Assembly: GCA_019828565.1 (NCBI GenBank)
Contig: JAHDYR010000005.1
Span: 967,342-1,031,341, forward strand
DNA: 64,000 nt
Reading direction: 5' to 3'
From: Carpediemonas membranifera BICM
Taxonomy: Eukaryota > Protista > Fornicata
Below the pieces are notes generated by a model. The model searched no databases. It saw only the letters and a list, made by a program, of their open reading frames with translations, and was not told the origin of the DNA. A program made the position numbers and the translations under genes. Below, piece by piece: positions 40,856 through 50,897 of the stretch; the stretch's first letter is position 1; the number at the start of each line of letters is the position of its first letter.

Positions 40856-43800
40856 CTATTGTACACTGCGGGGTGACTGCATCTGCTCCTCGACAATCAC
40901 TGTACCGAGGTCAAGCCCCTCTCCAAGCTTCGGGGGAACGCTGGGAGCGTCGGCAGCGCTCACCTCATCGTCCGCCTCGATCTGTACTTGGTGGCGCGGC
41001 TCCATCTCGAGCTTCTCGTCGGGTTTGTCAGCATCAACCGCCTCATCGGGCTCGGCAAACACCTCTCCATCGTCCTCGTCGAACTCGGGCGCCGGGCCTG
41101 GGGCCTCGGCTTCCTTCGCCTCCCCCTCCTCGGGCACTGGGGCCGACCTCGGTTCCCTCGGCGGGGACCGGTGCGCCATGACCATCGTCTTGACCTGTTG
41201 CTCCCGGGCCTCCCGCAGCTGCCGCTCGAGGCTCTCTACCCTATTGGTGAGGTACTCCACCGAGGGCAGCTGCCGCTCGGGCTTTCTCGATGCCATGACG
41301 ATCTCAGCAAGCCTGGTGCTGAACGACGCCTCCAGTGTCTTCATCTCGCCCTCCAGCTGCATGATAGACGACTGCTGGGCCTCAATCGTGGCCTCTGCCT
41401 CGGTCAGGCTCTCTTGGAGGTCCTGCACGGAGAGGCCGTTGAGCTCCTCACCCACCTCGCCGAGCTCGAGGAGGATGGGGATCTGCTTGATCTCGGAGAC
41501 GCAGGACCGGATCTCCTCGGCCATAGAGAGCTTCTTGCCGGACGGCTCGCGGCCGAGGGCCTCCATGGCACCGTTGACGGCCGGCCGCAGCGCACGGACT
41601 GCGGTCCCGGCCTCAGTGAGCTGCTCCATGGCCTGCTTGGCGTGCAGGAGAGCGTCTACGGCAGACGACACAGCCATGCTGAGCTCGGGGAAGCCTGCGG
41701 GCTGGGCGAACCCGAGCCGTGTGAGTGTGTCTGCCAGCTGCTCGGCGCAGGAGGCGTTCATGCTCCGCAGGGACTCAGCCTCGCGTGCAAGGGCGGTCTC
41801 CTCGCCGATGTGCGCCATGCCGAACACCTCACCCCCTGCCTCGCGGCGAGAGGCCTTGTCTGCCTTGTGATCCGCCCGGGCGAGTGCTGCCTCCAGGAAG
41901 GCGGCTCGGTTGGTGGCCTCGTCCCGCTCGACCTGGACGCTCTCGGCCCGCAGCTGGGCGTCGCTGAGATCATGGGCCAGTCTGGTGACGTCCCGCTTGA
42001 GGGAGTCGATGGCCGCGTTTCTCTCCGCGATGGCGGCCTCGGAAACCTCCAGGTGCTCCCTTAGCTGCCTGTTGTCGCCATTGAGGACCTGCGCCGTGCT
42101 CTCGGCGTCTCTCACCGCCCGCCGAGACTGCTCCAGTTGGAGATCTAGGCGATCGGCGCGCCGTGTCATCTCGGACAGGTCGTTCTTCAGCTTCGGCAGG
42201 CTCTGCTGGCTCTTGTTGGCCGCCGCCATGACCTGCTCGAGCTTCTTATCGGACTCCCTGACCCTCTCGATACTCTGCCGGTTGACTCGCACCATCTGGT
42301 CCTCCAGCGCCCGGTTGGACCCGCGGAGGGCGTCGATCTCGGCCTGCAGCGCCTCGATCTCGCCCTCAGTGTCGAAGTCAGGCGCCATGGGGGCCTCGAC
42401 GGCGTCCGTCTGCGCCTCGGCGTCCTCCAGGAAGATCTCGTTCTCCTCCACCTCAGGCCTCTGGGCAACAGTCGCCTGGGCGATGGCCAGAGCGGCCTCG
42501 GCCTGCTCCAGCTTGGCCCTTAGGTCGTGTGTCTCTGCCCCCACAGAGGATGCGAGCCGCTTGAATCGCTCCCTCTCCCGGGTCTCGGCCTCGACGACCT
42601 CGTGGAGCTCGCTGATCTGCCCTTCGAGGGCGTGGACGTCGGGCACGCGTTCGTCCTCCTCCGTCATTCGCGCCACCTCGCCGAGGCTGAGCCGCACCGT
42701 GACCTCCGCTCTCTGGTGGAACACGCGACGGCCGGTCTGTTCGTCGACTTCGGAGTGCATGGAGCAGCGCGTGTGGACGTCGATGATATGATCGATGGCG
42801 AGCTCCTCGCCGGTGCTGTGGAGGACCCGCAGCTGTCCGTTGCCCAGCCCGAGGACAAGCGTCTCGTGATAGAGCGTGCCCGCGGTGACGGCCTCCTCGA
42901 CGGAGTGGACGCCGTGCAGGATAAGCGCCTCGTTGAAGAGCAGCACCTTGTGTGTGCCGGTGGGGTCGGTCACGCCGACCACGATGTCGCCTGAGTGCAG
43001 CTGGTGCACGGCGTGCAGGGTGCAGCCCTCAAAGTCGTCGTGCAGGATCCGGACCGTCGACTGCAGTGCGATATCACCCTCGCAGTACTCCAGGAAGTGC
43101 ACCACGCCGTCGGACAGGAACAGTCCGACGCCATGGGTCGTGCTGATCAGGGCAACGGGGCGGCCATTCGCCTCTGTAGGCCTGAAGGCGCACCTCGGCT
43201 CGGGGGGGCCGGAGGGCACGTCCCAAACGACGACAGTGCAGTCCGTGTCGACCGACCAGACGCCCGCGCCGTCCTCCTCGAGCAGGGCGACGGGCCCGCT
43301 GTGGACGGTGGAGAGGGAGACGGCCGTGCGGAGCTCGAGTGACCCCGTGGCTTGTCTGAAGTCCCAGACCGTGAGAAGGTCGGCCCCGACGACCGCCCAG
43401 ACGCGGCCCGGGGTAGTCCTGGGCGCGAAGATGCGGTGGGGCGGGCTCCAGCTGGGCGGGAGCTCGAGGTCCGTCTCCAGAAGCCGCTGCATGTGGGCAG
43501 CACTGAACTTGGCGACCAGCCGCAGCCGGTCAGACAGGATTCGTAGGGTGCCGTCCTGCTCGGTGACCCAGATGCCCTTGTCGTCGACGGCGACATCAAC
43601 GGCGGGCGTGTCGAGGTCTACGTCGGCCACCGTCTCCAGTATTCCCCCGCTGACGGTGCTCATCAGCACGAGCCCGCTGTTCATTGCCGCTACCACGCCG
43701 TACGCCGTCTTCTTCAGGATACGAGGGATCCATTGGGTGGCGGGCTCGATGGACAGGGCAAGAGCGCCCGCCTCCCAGCGGCAGAGCCCGAGAGCGTCCG

Positions 43801-44716
43801 TCACATAGACGCCTGTGCCCGTGTCCGCCGGACAGAAGTCCAGGGCTGGTCGGGGTGCCATGAGCGTCGTGACGGGTGTGAACCTACCGTGTTCAACGGT
43901 CGTCATGGCGAGGGTGCCGTCCTCGCAGATAATATAGAGCCGACGCCCGTCAGCGCATATCCTGCGGGCCGGTGTCCCCTTCATGGCGTCCATGAGCTTG
44001 TACTCGGCGGACCACAGGCTGACGGTGTCGTCACCATGCACCATGCAGACGCCGCGGGCCGTCCCGGAGGTCCAGATCGAGCACAGCTGCAGCACTGGTG
44101 GACCGGGCCCGTCCACTGGGCTGTCGCACAGCAGGTCTGTCGGTACGGACCCCATTAGGTGGAGGGCGCGTGTTTCGTAGACCAGGACGTCCCCGTTGGA
44201 GCAGGCCGCCCACATAGTGCGTTCGGACCGGTCCTCCTTGGGCATGAAGAGCAGGGAGCGTGTGGTGACGTCGGTGTCGCCGTCAAATGTCAGGGTATCG
44301 ATGAGGTCGCCTGTGCGGGCAGACCAGACGCGGATGACGCCGTCCGCAGCCGCCGTCCAGACGTGAGCGGGCACCTTGTCGGGGTGCATGGACTCGTGTG
44401 TGTGTGGGTCGATCGTAGTGGACTGCATGTCGAGTATGGGTGCACTGTGGGCGTGGCGAATGGACGCCGTCACCTCCTGGTCCGAGATAGATACAATGTG
44501 CAGCGAGCCGTCCTCGCACGCCACCCAGAAAGATGATTCGTCGGGGAAGTGGCACAGCGCGAAGTGACAGACCCGGGTTCGCGACGGGACGCTAATAGTG
44601 GCCAATTGACGGCCATCTGTTTCGGAATAGACGCGTATCGTGCCATATTCACCGCCTCCAATCCATATTTCATCATATCCCGCGCCGCAATTGGCCACGG
44701 GCATCGCGCGATCCAT
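40856..44716 (-). CDS. WD40/beta-propeller + long coiled-coil protein
   Basis: Repeats 'IWIGG..GTIRVY', 'VWTAAADGVIRVW', 'VWSVDTDCTVVVWD'; heptad-rich C-terminal half. Confidence 0.8.
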   Translation of the reverse strand: MDRAMPVANCGAGYDEIWIGGGEYGTIRVYSETDGRQLATISVPSRTRVCHFALCHFPDESSFWVACEDGSLHIVSISDQEVTASIRHAHSAPILDMQSTTIDPHTHESMHPDKVPAHVWTAAADGVIRVWSARTGDLIDTLTFDGDTDVTTRSLLFMPKEDRSERTMWAACSNGDVLVYETRALHLMGSVPTDLLCDSPVDGPGPPVLQLCSIWTSGTARGVCMVHGDDTVSLWSAEYKLMDAMKGTPARRICADGRRLYIICEDGTLAMTTVEHGRFTPVTTLMAPRPALDFCPADTGTGVYVTDALGLCRWEAGALALSIEPATQWIPRILKKTAYGVVAAMNSGLVLMSTVSGGILETVADVDLDTPAVDVAVDDKGIWVTEQDGTLRILSDRLRLVAKFSAAHMQRLLETDLELPPSWSPPHRIFAPRTTPGRVWAVVGADLLTVWDFRQATGSLELRTAVSLSTVHSGPVALLEEDGAGVWSVDTDCTVVVWDVPSGPPEPRCAFRPTEANGRPVALISTTHGVGLFLSDGVVHFLEYCEGDIALQSTVRILHDDFEGCTLHAVHQLHSGDIVVGVTDPTGTHKVLLFNEALILHGVHSVEEAVTAGTLYHETLVLGLGNGQLRVLHSTGEELAIDHIIDVHTRCSMHSEVDEQTGRRVFHQRAEVTVRLSLGEVARMTEEDERVPDVHALEGQISELHEVVEAETRERERFKRLASSVGAETHDLRAKLEQAEAALAIAQATVAQRPEVEENEIFLEDAEAQTDAVEAPMAPDFDTEGEIEALQAEIDALRGSNRALEDQMVRVNRQSIERVRESDKKLEQVMAAANKSQQSLPKLKNDLSEMTRRADRLDLQLEQSRRAVRDAESTAQVLNGDNRQLREHLEVSEAAIAERNAAIDSLKRDVTRLAHDLSDAQLRAESVQVERDEATNRAAFLEAALARADHKADKASRREAGGEVFGMAHIGEETALAREAESLRSMNASCAEQLADTLTRLGFAQPAGFPELSMAVSSAVDALLHAKQAMEQLTEAGTAVRALRPAVNGAMEALGREPSGKKLSMAEEIRSCVSEIKQIPILLELGEVGEELNGLSVQDLQESLTEAEATIEAQQSSIMQLEGEMKTLEASFSTRLAEIVMASRKPERQLPSVEYLTNRVESLERQLREAREQQVKTMVMAHRSPPREPRSAPVPEEGEAKEAEAPGPAPEFDEDDGEVFAEPDEAVDADKPDEKLEMEPRHQVQIEADDEVSAADAPSVPPKLGEGLDLGTVIVEEQMQSPRSVQ

Positions 44717-45433
44717 TTTCGCAGATTCTTGTTCTCTTGAAAAGTTCAGGGCAAAGCTGCGCTCGGGTCAAAACGCGTTAAGGTGACGCTCCGTGCGTCT
44801 TGTCCTGCGCAGGACGAGATGGCTGATATTCCGACCTGGGGAGCAGACCAGAGCTCCGCACTTTTGTGCAAACCAGGTGGCCGTTTTCGTCGCTGGCAAG
44901 CAATCACTGGGTGAAGTACAAGAATGCTTTCCCTTGCTTCTTTTCATTCGACAACTGCGCTATATTACGAGAGGCGCGTTAGCGCTTACGATACGGAAGC
45001 TATCGAACTATTTGCCCAAAATTGCATGAGCGCCTCCGACATCGGCAACAGCGTGCGGGTTCCGTTCGGCTGCTTCGGGGGACAGATGGAGAACATGCCA
45101 GTGCACCCCCTCTATGAGTCGCATGAGCTCAGCTCCGTGTCACCGACATGACGTCGCAGAGGCGGGCGACTGGAAGTATTGGGCAATGATGGAGTAATGA
45201 TGGGTTACTGCGCAGTGTACATTGCGGTATGAGGCCTCTTGAAGGCGCTGGCCCAGCCTTCTGGTCTCGGGCAGGCATTGTGTCGAAAATGTAAACATCT
45301 CTACAGCCGCCCCCGCCACGTGAGCGTCATGATGTTGCTCCACCCCCTCTTGTAAGGCCTCTCGCGAGATGTCGCCTTGCTGCAGGAAAAAAGTTTGAAA
45401 CGCAGGCGTGCACAACCGGTAATATCAAGCAGT

Positions 45434-47842
45434 ATGGCGGAAATCGAAAGCACAGCACAAGCGAAAGGAATAGCAATGAGCCCAAATCCTGAAGTAGAAA
45501 AGGCATACATGGCTGAGATGGCGAGTACGGCATCAACACATGCAAACGAACACACAAATGCCACTCAGCAGGATATGAATGAGCTCAGCATAGCGAATAA
45601 GCTTGAAGATCTCCCTGCTGCTCTTAAAAATGCGTCTGCCAAGGAGCAGACCGACTTTCTCGAGCGCCGTGCAGGCCTGCTCAACCCCGACCTCCCCAAG
45701 CCCCTTGCACGCAGCACGGTCTTCGGTGTTGGCATCTGCGGTCCGCCAGGCTTCGGGAAGTCCACAATCCTGACGGAGGTGCAGCAGCGGTTGTCTGATC
45801 GCGGTGTCACGTCGACCATCATCTCCTACGACGGGACCAAGCGGGCAATGGCCGCAGACGGGCTCGACACATCGGGCCGCAGACCATTCTTCAGGTTTAT
45901 CTCGCGTGTGGCTGAGGCGCTGTGGCGGGGCGACGTGCCCCTCGTCGACCATTGCCTCGCCAAGCCCGTGGCCGAGGATCTGCGGACAATGTTCGCGGCG
46001 TATGGGAGCAAGTTCGTCGTCGTCGGTGTGGACCCCACTCAGCATGCCGCCCTGGCCCCCGTCTGGGCTGGGCGCGTGTTGCGCCGCTCGGCGAACTGCG
46101 ACGACGGGTCAACTCTCGTTCCGGGCGTAGATGGGCTCAGTGACCTCGTAGCGGTGCGCGTGGTCGGCAAGAAGTGCCACGAGACGGCGAGCACACCCCT
46201 GGACGTCGTCCTCGACTTCGGTGTACCCTCTGACCCCGCCACCATCCAACTCGGCACCCGCATCATCGCGGGGCGAGCCCAGGCGTCAGACATTGATGCC
46301 ATCGACACCGCGGGTCGGGCGCCCTGTGCTGATCCGCTGAGTGTGGCCGACCAGCTCATCGCATCGACGGGGCTCGACGGTGTCGACACCGCCTTCGACC
46401 CCCTTGCCGAGCTCCCCACCGCCCCTGTCGCCGCGGACACCCAGATCGTCGCCATCCCGTGGGGCAGGGGCGCCCTGTGGATCGGGGACCACGTCAAGGG
46501 CGAGCTCCTCTTCGACAGGTGGGGGTACCGCACCATTCCCGTCAGGAACGCCCAGCCGTCGTGCCTCGGGATCACGTGGGCCCTGGTGCACCACACGCAG
46601 CTCAGACAGCTCCTGCGCCGGCCCCTATTGAAGCGCGTGGGCGAGGCCCTACTGGCCGACTGTGGCCCCAGCCTGCCCGCCACCCCCGCCCGGTCCCCCT
46701 GCCCCTCCGACGACGAGGGGGAGATGGGGGCGCCGACTGGGCTCAAGGTGTTCACGCCGCTCAAGCCGGCAGCTCGCGACGATGGCGAGGGAACTGATGG
46801 CAGCGACGCCGACGAGGTGATCGCCTCGCTGGGCAGAGCTGCGAGGGCCAATCAGGCGCGCGAGCAGCAGAAGGACGGCGTTGAGGCGACAGATCAGGGC
46901 GACAGCCGCAAGTCGCGCTTCGTCGACGACTGCGGACGGCCCCTGCCCCGGAGTGCGGGCAACGGCGGGTACCACTCAACGCGCCCGTACCACCGACATG
47001 CCCGCATGGACGAGATCAGGGAGGCGATCGCGGAGGGGCGCGACGAGTTCGAGCTCGACCCCGCGCCCCAGCCCGCCCAGGAGGTCCACAAGTTGCAGAC
47101 AGTCGACCTGGCGCGCGAGGACGACCTCACTGTGTGGCGTCTCGTCATGGCACAGGGTTCGAAGCCCCTCACCGGATGGAGCACCGGCCTGGTCGATGCT
47201 CATAAGGAGAGCGGCCGGCACGACTCGACAGACTACGATCACGCCTCCCACCTGTTGATGGAGGGCTTCGCGGAGGAGCAGTACGAGCAGTTCCGGGCCC
47301 GCTGCCTCGAGGAGCGGACCCGGGTGGGCAAGGGCGTCTCCTGGGAGATGGCGACGCTCTTCCGGTTCTGGTCCTACTTCCTTCGCGAAGAGCCCAACTA
47401 CCTGCGCCGCTCGATGGTTGCTGAGTTCCGAGCCCTCGCCTGGGACGACGCGGCGAACTCCACGGCCCCCAAACCGTTCTACGGCATCGAGTGTCTCTTC
47501 CGGTTCTACGCCTTCACGCTTGAGGCCCAGGACGTCCCCAGACTGTGGCAGCTGTTCGAGGAGGACGTCCTACGGGACTGCGTCATCCAGCGCCACGACC
47601 TCTACGGCCTGAGCATGCTGCTGGCCACCCTTGATTACATGCCCAAGACAAGGGCCAGGCCCGTCTTCTCCGAGGGGCTGAGGCGCTGGTTGCAGCGGTA
47701 CCCGACGCTCAAGGCCCTCCAGAACAGGGGCAAGGACCGTCGTGCCCAACCCCAGCGGCGATCTGAGGGCAGCAGGGGCCGAGGCCGCGGCAGAGGCCGT
47801 GGGGGGGCGGCCAGTCAGGCGTCCTGGCGGGCCCAGCGCTGA
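45434..47842 (+). CDS. P-loop (polynucleotide/tRNA-ligase-type) kinase fused to a LARP1 DM15 domain
   Basis: GICGPPGFGKST...PLVDH...RVLRR; C-terminal 'FRARCLEER...GVSWEMATLFRFWSYFLR...EFRALAWDDA...YGIECLFRFY...LYGL' matches the DM15 repeats; RG-rich tail. Confidence 0.85.
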   Translation: MAEIESTAQAKGIAMSPNPEVEKAYMAEMASTASTHANEHTNATQQDMNELSIANKLEDLPAALKNASAKEQTDFLERRAGLLNPDLPKPLARSTVFGVGICGPPGFGKSTILTEVQQRLSDRGVTSTIISYDGTKRAMAADGLDTSGRRPFFRFISRVAEALWRGDVPLVDHCLAKPVAEDLRTMFAAYGSKFVVVGVDPTQHAALAPVWAGRVLRRSANCDDGSTLVPGVDGLSDLVAVRVVGKKCHETASTPLDVVLDFGVPSDPATIQLGTRIIAGRAQASDIDAIDTAGRAPCADPLSVADQLIASTGLDGVDTAFDPLAELPTAPVAADTQIVAIPWGRGALWIGDHVKGELLFDRWGYRTIPVRNAQPSCLGITWALVHHTQLRQLLRRPLLKRVGEALLADCGPSLPATPARSPCPSDDEGEMGAPTGLKVFTPLKPAARDDGEGTDGSDADEVIASLGRAARANQAREQQKDGVEATDQGDSRKSRFVDDCGRPLPRSAGNGGYHSTRPYHRHARMDEIREAIAEGRDEFELDPAPQPAQEVHKLQTVDLAREDDLTVWRLVMAQGSKPLTGWSTGLVDAHKESGRHDSTDYDHASHLLMEGFAEEQYEQFRARCLEERTRVGKGVSWEMATLFRFWSYFLREEPNYLRRSMVAEFRALAWDDAANSTAPKPFYGIECLFRFYAFTLEAQDVPRLWQLFEEDVLRDCVIQRHDLYGLSMLLATLDYMPKTRARPVFSEGLRRWLQRYPTLKALQNRGKDRRAQPQRRSEGSRGRGRGRGRGGAASQASWRAQR

Positions 47843-47860
47843 GTAAAGGTCATCTCATGT

Positions 47861-49279
47861 TTACTGGGTGCCCTGCTGGAAGAGAGCGGTGGCTGTGTTC
47901 TGGAATGCGTTGATGGTGGCGGCGGAGTAGAAGTCGTTGTCATCCAGCTCGTACTCCCTGATGGTCTCGTGACACTGGCCGATGCCGGCGCGGAGCACAG
48001 TCTCGATGCGGTTGTTGACGTGCTCAACCGTGAGGGCAAGGACGTTTTGGCGCTGCTCGATGGCCATGTTCTGCACAATGATGGCGCCGAGGCCGGCCAG
48101 CTGGGGGGGAGCAAGGAATGCGCCGGACTCGCGGATGGCCGCGTGCTGTGCGGAGGTGAAGATCTTCTCGGCCTCCACGATGCAGCGTGTGCCTGTGTGC
48201 AGGAAGCCCGTCAGCACCTCGTTCGTCATTGGCCGGGGTCCGAGTGTGATCACGGCGTCAGCAATGATATCCGTCGGCGGGTTGAGGTAGAAGGTCGCGG
48301 TGGCGTTCGAGTTGACGTACTGGACGCGACCCTTCTTGAGCTCCTTGAGGCGGTCGGCTGTGAAGCCGCGCGTGTCGGCGACAACGCCATTGTCGATGGG
48401 GTAGAGCAGAGGCAGGGCCTTGCGGCGGATGAGCTCCTCAGCAGCGGCCTTAACGGCGTCAGGCCGGCCGAGTACGAGGGTAGTGAGGCCCTTGATGCCA
48501 TCATGATCCCGGGAGTAGAGCAGGTCGAAGGCGATGACCCCGCCGATGCCGCGGTAGTCTCCAGGGTCGAGGATGCTGCCGTACGTCGTGTCTGGTCGGG
48601 GGATGACCTCGGAGTCCGTCAACCGGTGAGAGTGGCCGTACAGGCGGGCGAAGTCGGTCCTGGTCGCCGTGGCACCAGGGTAGAACTGGACGAAGCGGTG
48701 CTGCTTGGCAAGGAACGTGGTGGCAAAGGCTGCGGCGAAGAGGTCCTTGTCGGCGTCCTCGAGGCCGTGGAAGTCGAGGTCAATCGCGGTGTAGCCTCCG
48801 CCGACGAGCGCCTGAGAGAGGGCAGAGAGTAGCGTCTGCTGCTTGGCGTGGATCTTGGCGCTGGCCATGGTGATGTCCTCGATGAAGTCCAGCGGGCCGT
48901 GGGCTGGACCGCGGCAGGTGGAATAGACGACGCTGTACACGCGGTTAACACAGCGGTGGCCACGGATGTTCGTCCAATAGATGCGGGTGATGGCAGTCTC
49001 CTCGGGAGTCAGGAAGGGGATGACGAGGTCGGTGAACTGGGGGACGTGCTGGATCAAAGGGGCACAGATCTCGGCGAAGTGCGTGGCCGCGCGGACGTAC
49101 TCGGGCTCCTCCGTCCTCTCGAGGACGGACTGGACGTCGGACACGAAGGCCTCCCTGGTGAGGAGAGTGACATCGAGGGCGCTCTCGCTGACCTGGGGCG
49201 GCGGCATGTGCTCGGGCTGGCCAATGAGCTCCGCCTTCAGGTTATGAAGCTGTGTATCGGGCATAAAGGAACGCTGCAT
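47861..49279 (-). CDS. Glutamate dehydrogenase-like protein (probable pseudoenzyme)
   Basis: 'EEPEYVRA..F', 'YWTNIRGHRCVNRVYSVVYSTCRGPAHGPLDF' (cf. W.DD.G...[22 protein letters not shown]), 'GGGYTA' (cf. GGGKGG), 'CIVEA', 'LAPP.LA..G'. Confidence 0.8.
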   Translation of the reverse strand: MQRSFMPDTQLHNLKAELIGQPEHMPPPQVSESALDVTLLTREAFVSDVQSVLERTEEPEYVRAATHFAEICAPLIQHVPQFTDLVIPFLTPEETAITRIYWTNIRGHRCVNRVYSVVYSTCRGPAHGPLDFIEDITMASAKIHAKQQTLLSALSQALVGGGYTAIDLDFHGLEDADKDLFAAAFATTFLAKQHRFVQFYPGATATRTDFARLYGHSHRLTDSEVIPRPDTTYGSILDPGDYRGIGGVIAFDLLYSRDHDGIKGLTTLVLGRPDAVKAAAEELIRRKALPLLYPIDNGVVADTRGFTADRLKELKKGRVQYVNSNATATFYLNPPTDIIADAVITLGPRPMTNEVLTGFLHTGTRCIVEAEKIFTSAQHAAIRESGAFLAPPQLAGLGAIIVQNMAIEQRQNVLALTVEHVNNRIETVLRAGIGQCHETIREYELDDNDFYSAATINAFQNTATALFQQGTQ

Positions 49280-49652
49280 GATTTCTGGTTACTTATTGCT
49301 ATTGTATTGGTTGTGAGCAGCATGACACGGTGTCGTCGGACGCCTGTGGAAACAACCGTAAGGATGTCAAAGCAGCAGGAGCCGATGGAATGACCCTTTT
49401 GGGAATACGACCCTATACGTAGTGTTCAGCTGCTCAGTGCCCTGTAATTGCCAGGGGGGCATCCTGTTCAAAATGCTCTGTCAAGTCAATAACGGTCAAA
49501 GATGTCCCGTGTAAGGCCACGCTGTGACTACAAGTAGCTAATGTACAGCATGACGGGCTGAGCGTCCAAACCCTCCCCCCAACCTCAGGGCCCAAGCCAT
49601 CTGTCCACCGTGTCGAGCGAGTCTTTATCAGGAACCCTGGACCAGCTCCCGG

Positions 49653-50681
49653 TCACCCCTCACCTCCAACCGAGGTCGACTGTCGCCTCAGCCCTGTGAT
49701 GACCCCCTCCTTTGCCTTGAGGGCGGCCTTGAGCTTGGCGATCTCTCCATCCTTTGCCCGCATCTCGGAGCTGTGAACCGAGACGAGCCGCATGATCTCA
49801 CCATTGATGGCCGCCTCCTTCTCCGCCCGGGTGGCCTTCGCCTCCAGCCCCTTCCCATCCGTCTTCGGGCCGACATCCGGCCGAGCCCCGCGGCTTGAGT
49901 GGTGTAGGACCTCGTTCGCCGCCAGGAGTTGGGTGTCCGTCTCTCTGACCCGTCTGTGCATGGTCTCGACCGTCGCCTCGAGCTCAGAGATCCTCGACCG
50001 CTGGGTGTCACACACTGACCGCAGGTACGCCATCACCTCGGTGGCCGCGCTTATCTTGTCCAAATAAAGACTGTTTGCTGCCCTCAGCTCTGAAACCATG
50101 GCCTCGTACCGTGCTTCCGTCGCCTTCACAAGCTCCTTCGCTGCAGCGTTCGTCCTCTGCTCTGACAGAAAGTCCGCCTGGTCCTTGATGGCCTGCTGCT
50201 CAACCCTCGCCGCGACCCTGGACAGGATGAGCTGCTTGTCCCGCTGCCCGACCTGCCACTCTAGGTCCTTTTTGGCCCGATCCCGCTCCTCCGTGCGGGC
50301 CTTGGCGAGCTCTTGGTCAACGTCAACACGGTCCAGGAACTGAGACACCCTCACAGTGCTCTCAAGCTCGGCGATGCGGCTGTGGGCAGCATCAAGGTCC
50401 TCTTTGAGCTGCATCTGCTCCGTCTTGTCGGTCTGAACCTCCTGCGTCTTCGTGACGGGACCCGTCCGCTTCTTGTGGTCAGGGCGCGGTATAATGCTCT
50501 GTCTGCGGAAGGAGTTCCGGTTCCAGTGATCTGGCGGCGTGATCATCCGTTTTCGTTCACTTGTGGGCGATGTGTCCTCCTCAAGCTCTACGGTGCCATG
50601 TAAGGTGTATTCCTCGGGTATTTGTATGTTAGTAAGCATGGAGCGCTCGAGAATAGGCTCCAGTGGCCTACTCTTCATCAT
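49653..50681 (-). CDS. Coiled-coil protein of unknown function
   Basis: 342-aa ATG ORF, heptad-rich. Confidence 0.7.
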   Translation of the reverse strand: MMKSRPLEPILERSMLTNIQIPEEYTLHGTVELEEDTSPTSERKRMITPPDHWNRNSFRRQSIIPRPDHKKRTGPVTKTQEVQTDKTEQMQLKEDLDAAHSRIAELESTVRVSQFLDRVDVDQELAKARTEERDRAKKDLEWQVGQRDKQLILSRVAARVEQQAIKDQADFLSEQRTNAAAKELVKATEARYEAMVSELRAANSLYLDKISAATEVMAYLRSVCDTQRSRISELEATVETMHRRVRETDTQLLAANEVLHHSSRGARPDVGPKTDGKGLEAKATRAEKEAAINGEIMRLVSVHSSEMRAKDGEIAKLKAALKAKEGVITGLRRQSTSVGGEG

Positions 50682-50897
50682 CGCCCCAAAAATCGGCTGT
50701 TGCCTTCGACTCGGCCGAGTAACTCAGCCCCGACTAAGGCCAACTAGACTACTCCCACTGCTTCCATGACCTCTTTATACCCGTCGTGGGTTGTTTTGTC
50801 AGATTTGCGCTATTGCAGAATAGCGCTCCATGACCCGCTCTCAACGTGTCCCCCGTTCATGCCAACTGCAGTAAGCAATACATTTATCCGTGTCTGA

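Noticed and set aside
44793-45420. Short ORFs in the divergent intergenic gap
   Set aside because: No codon bias or recognisable homology.
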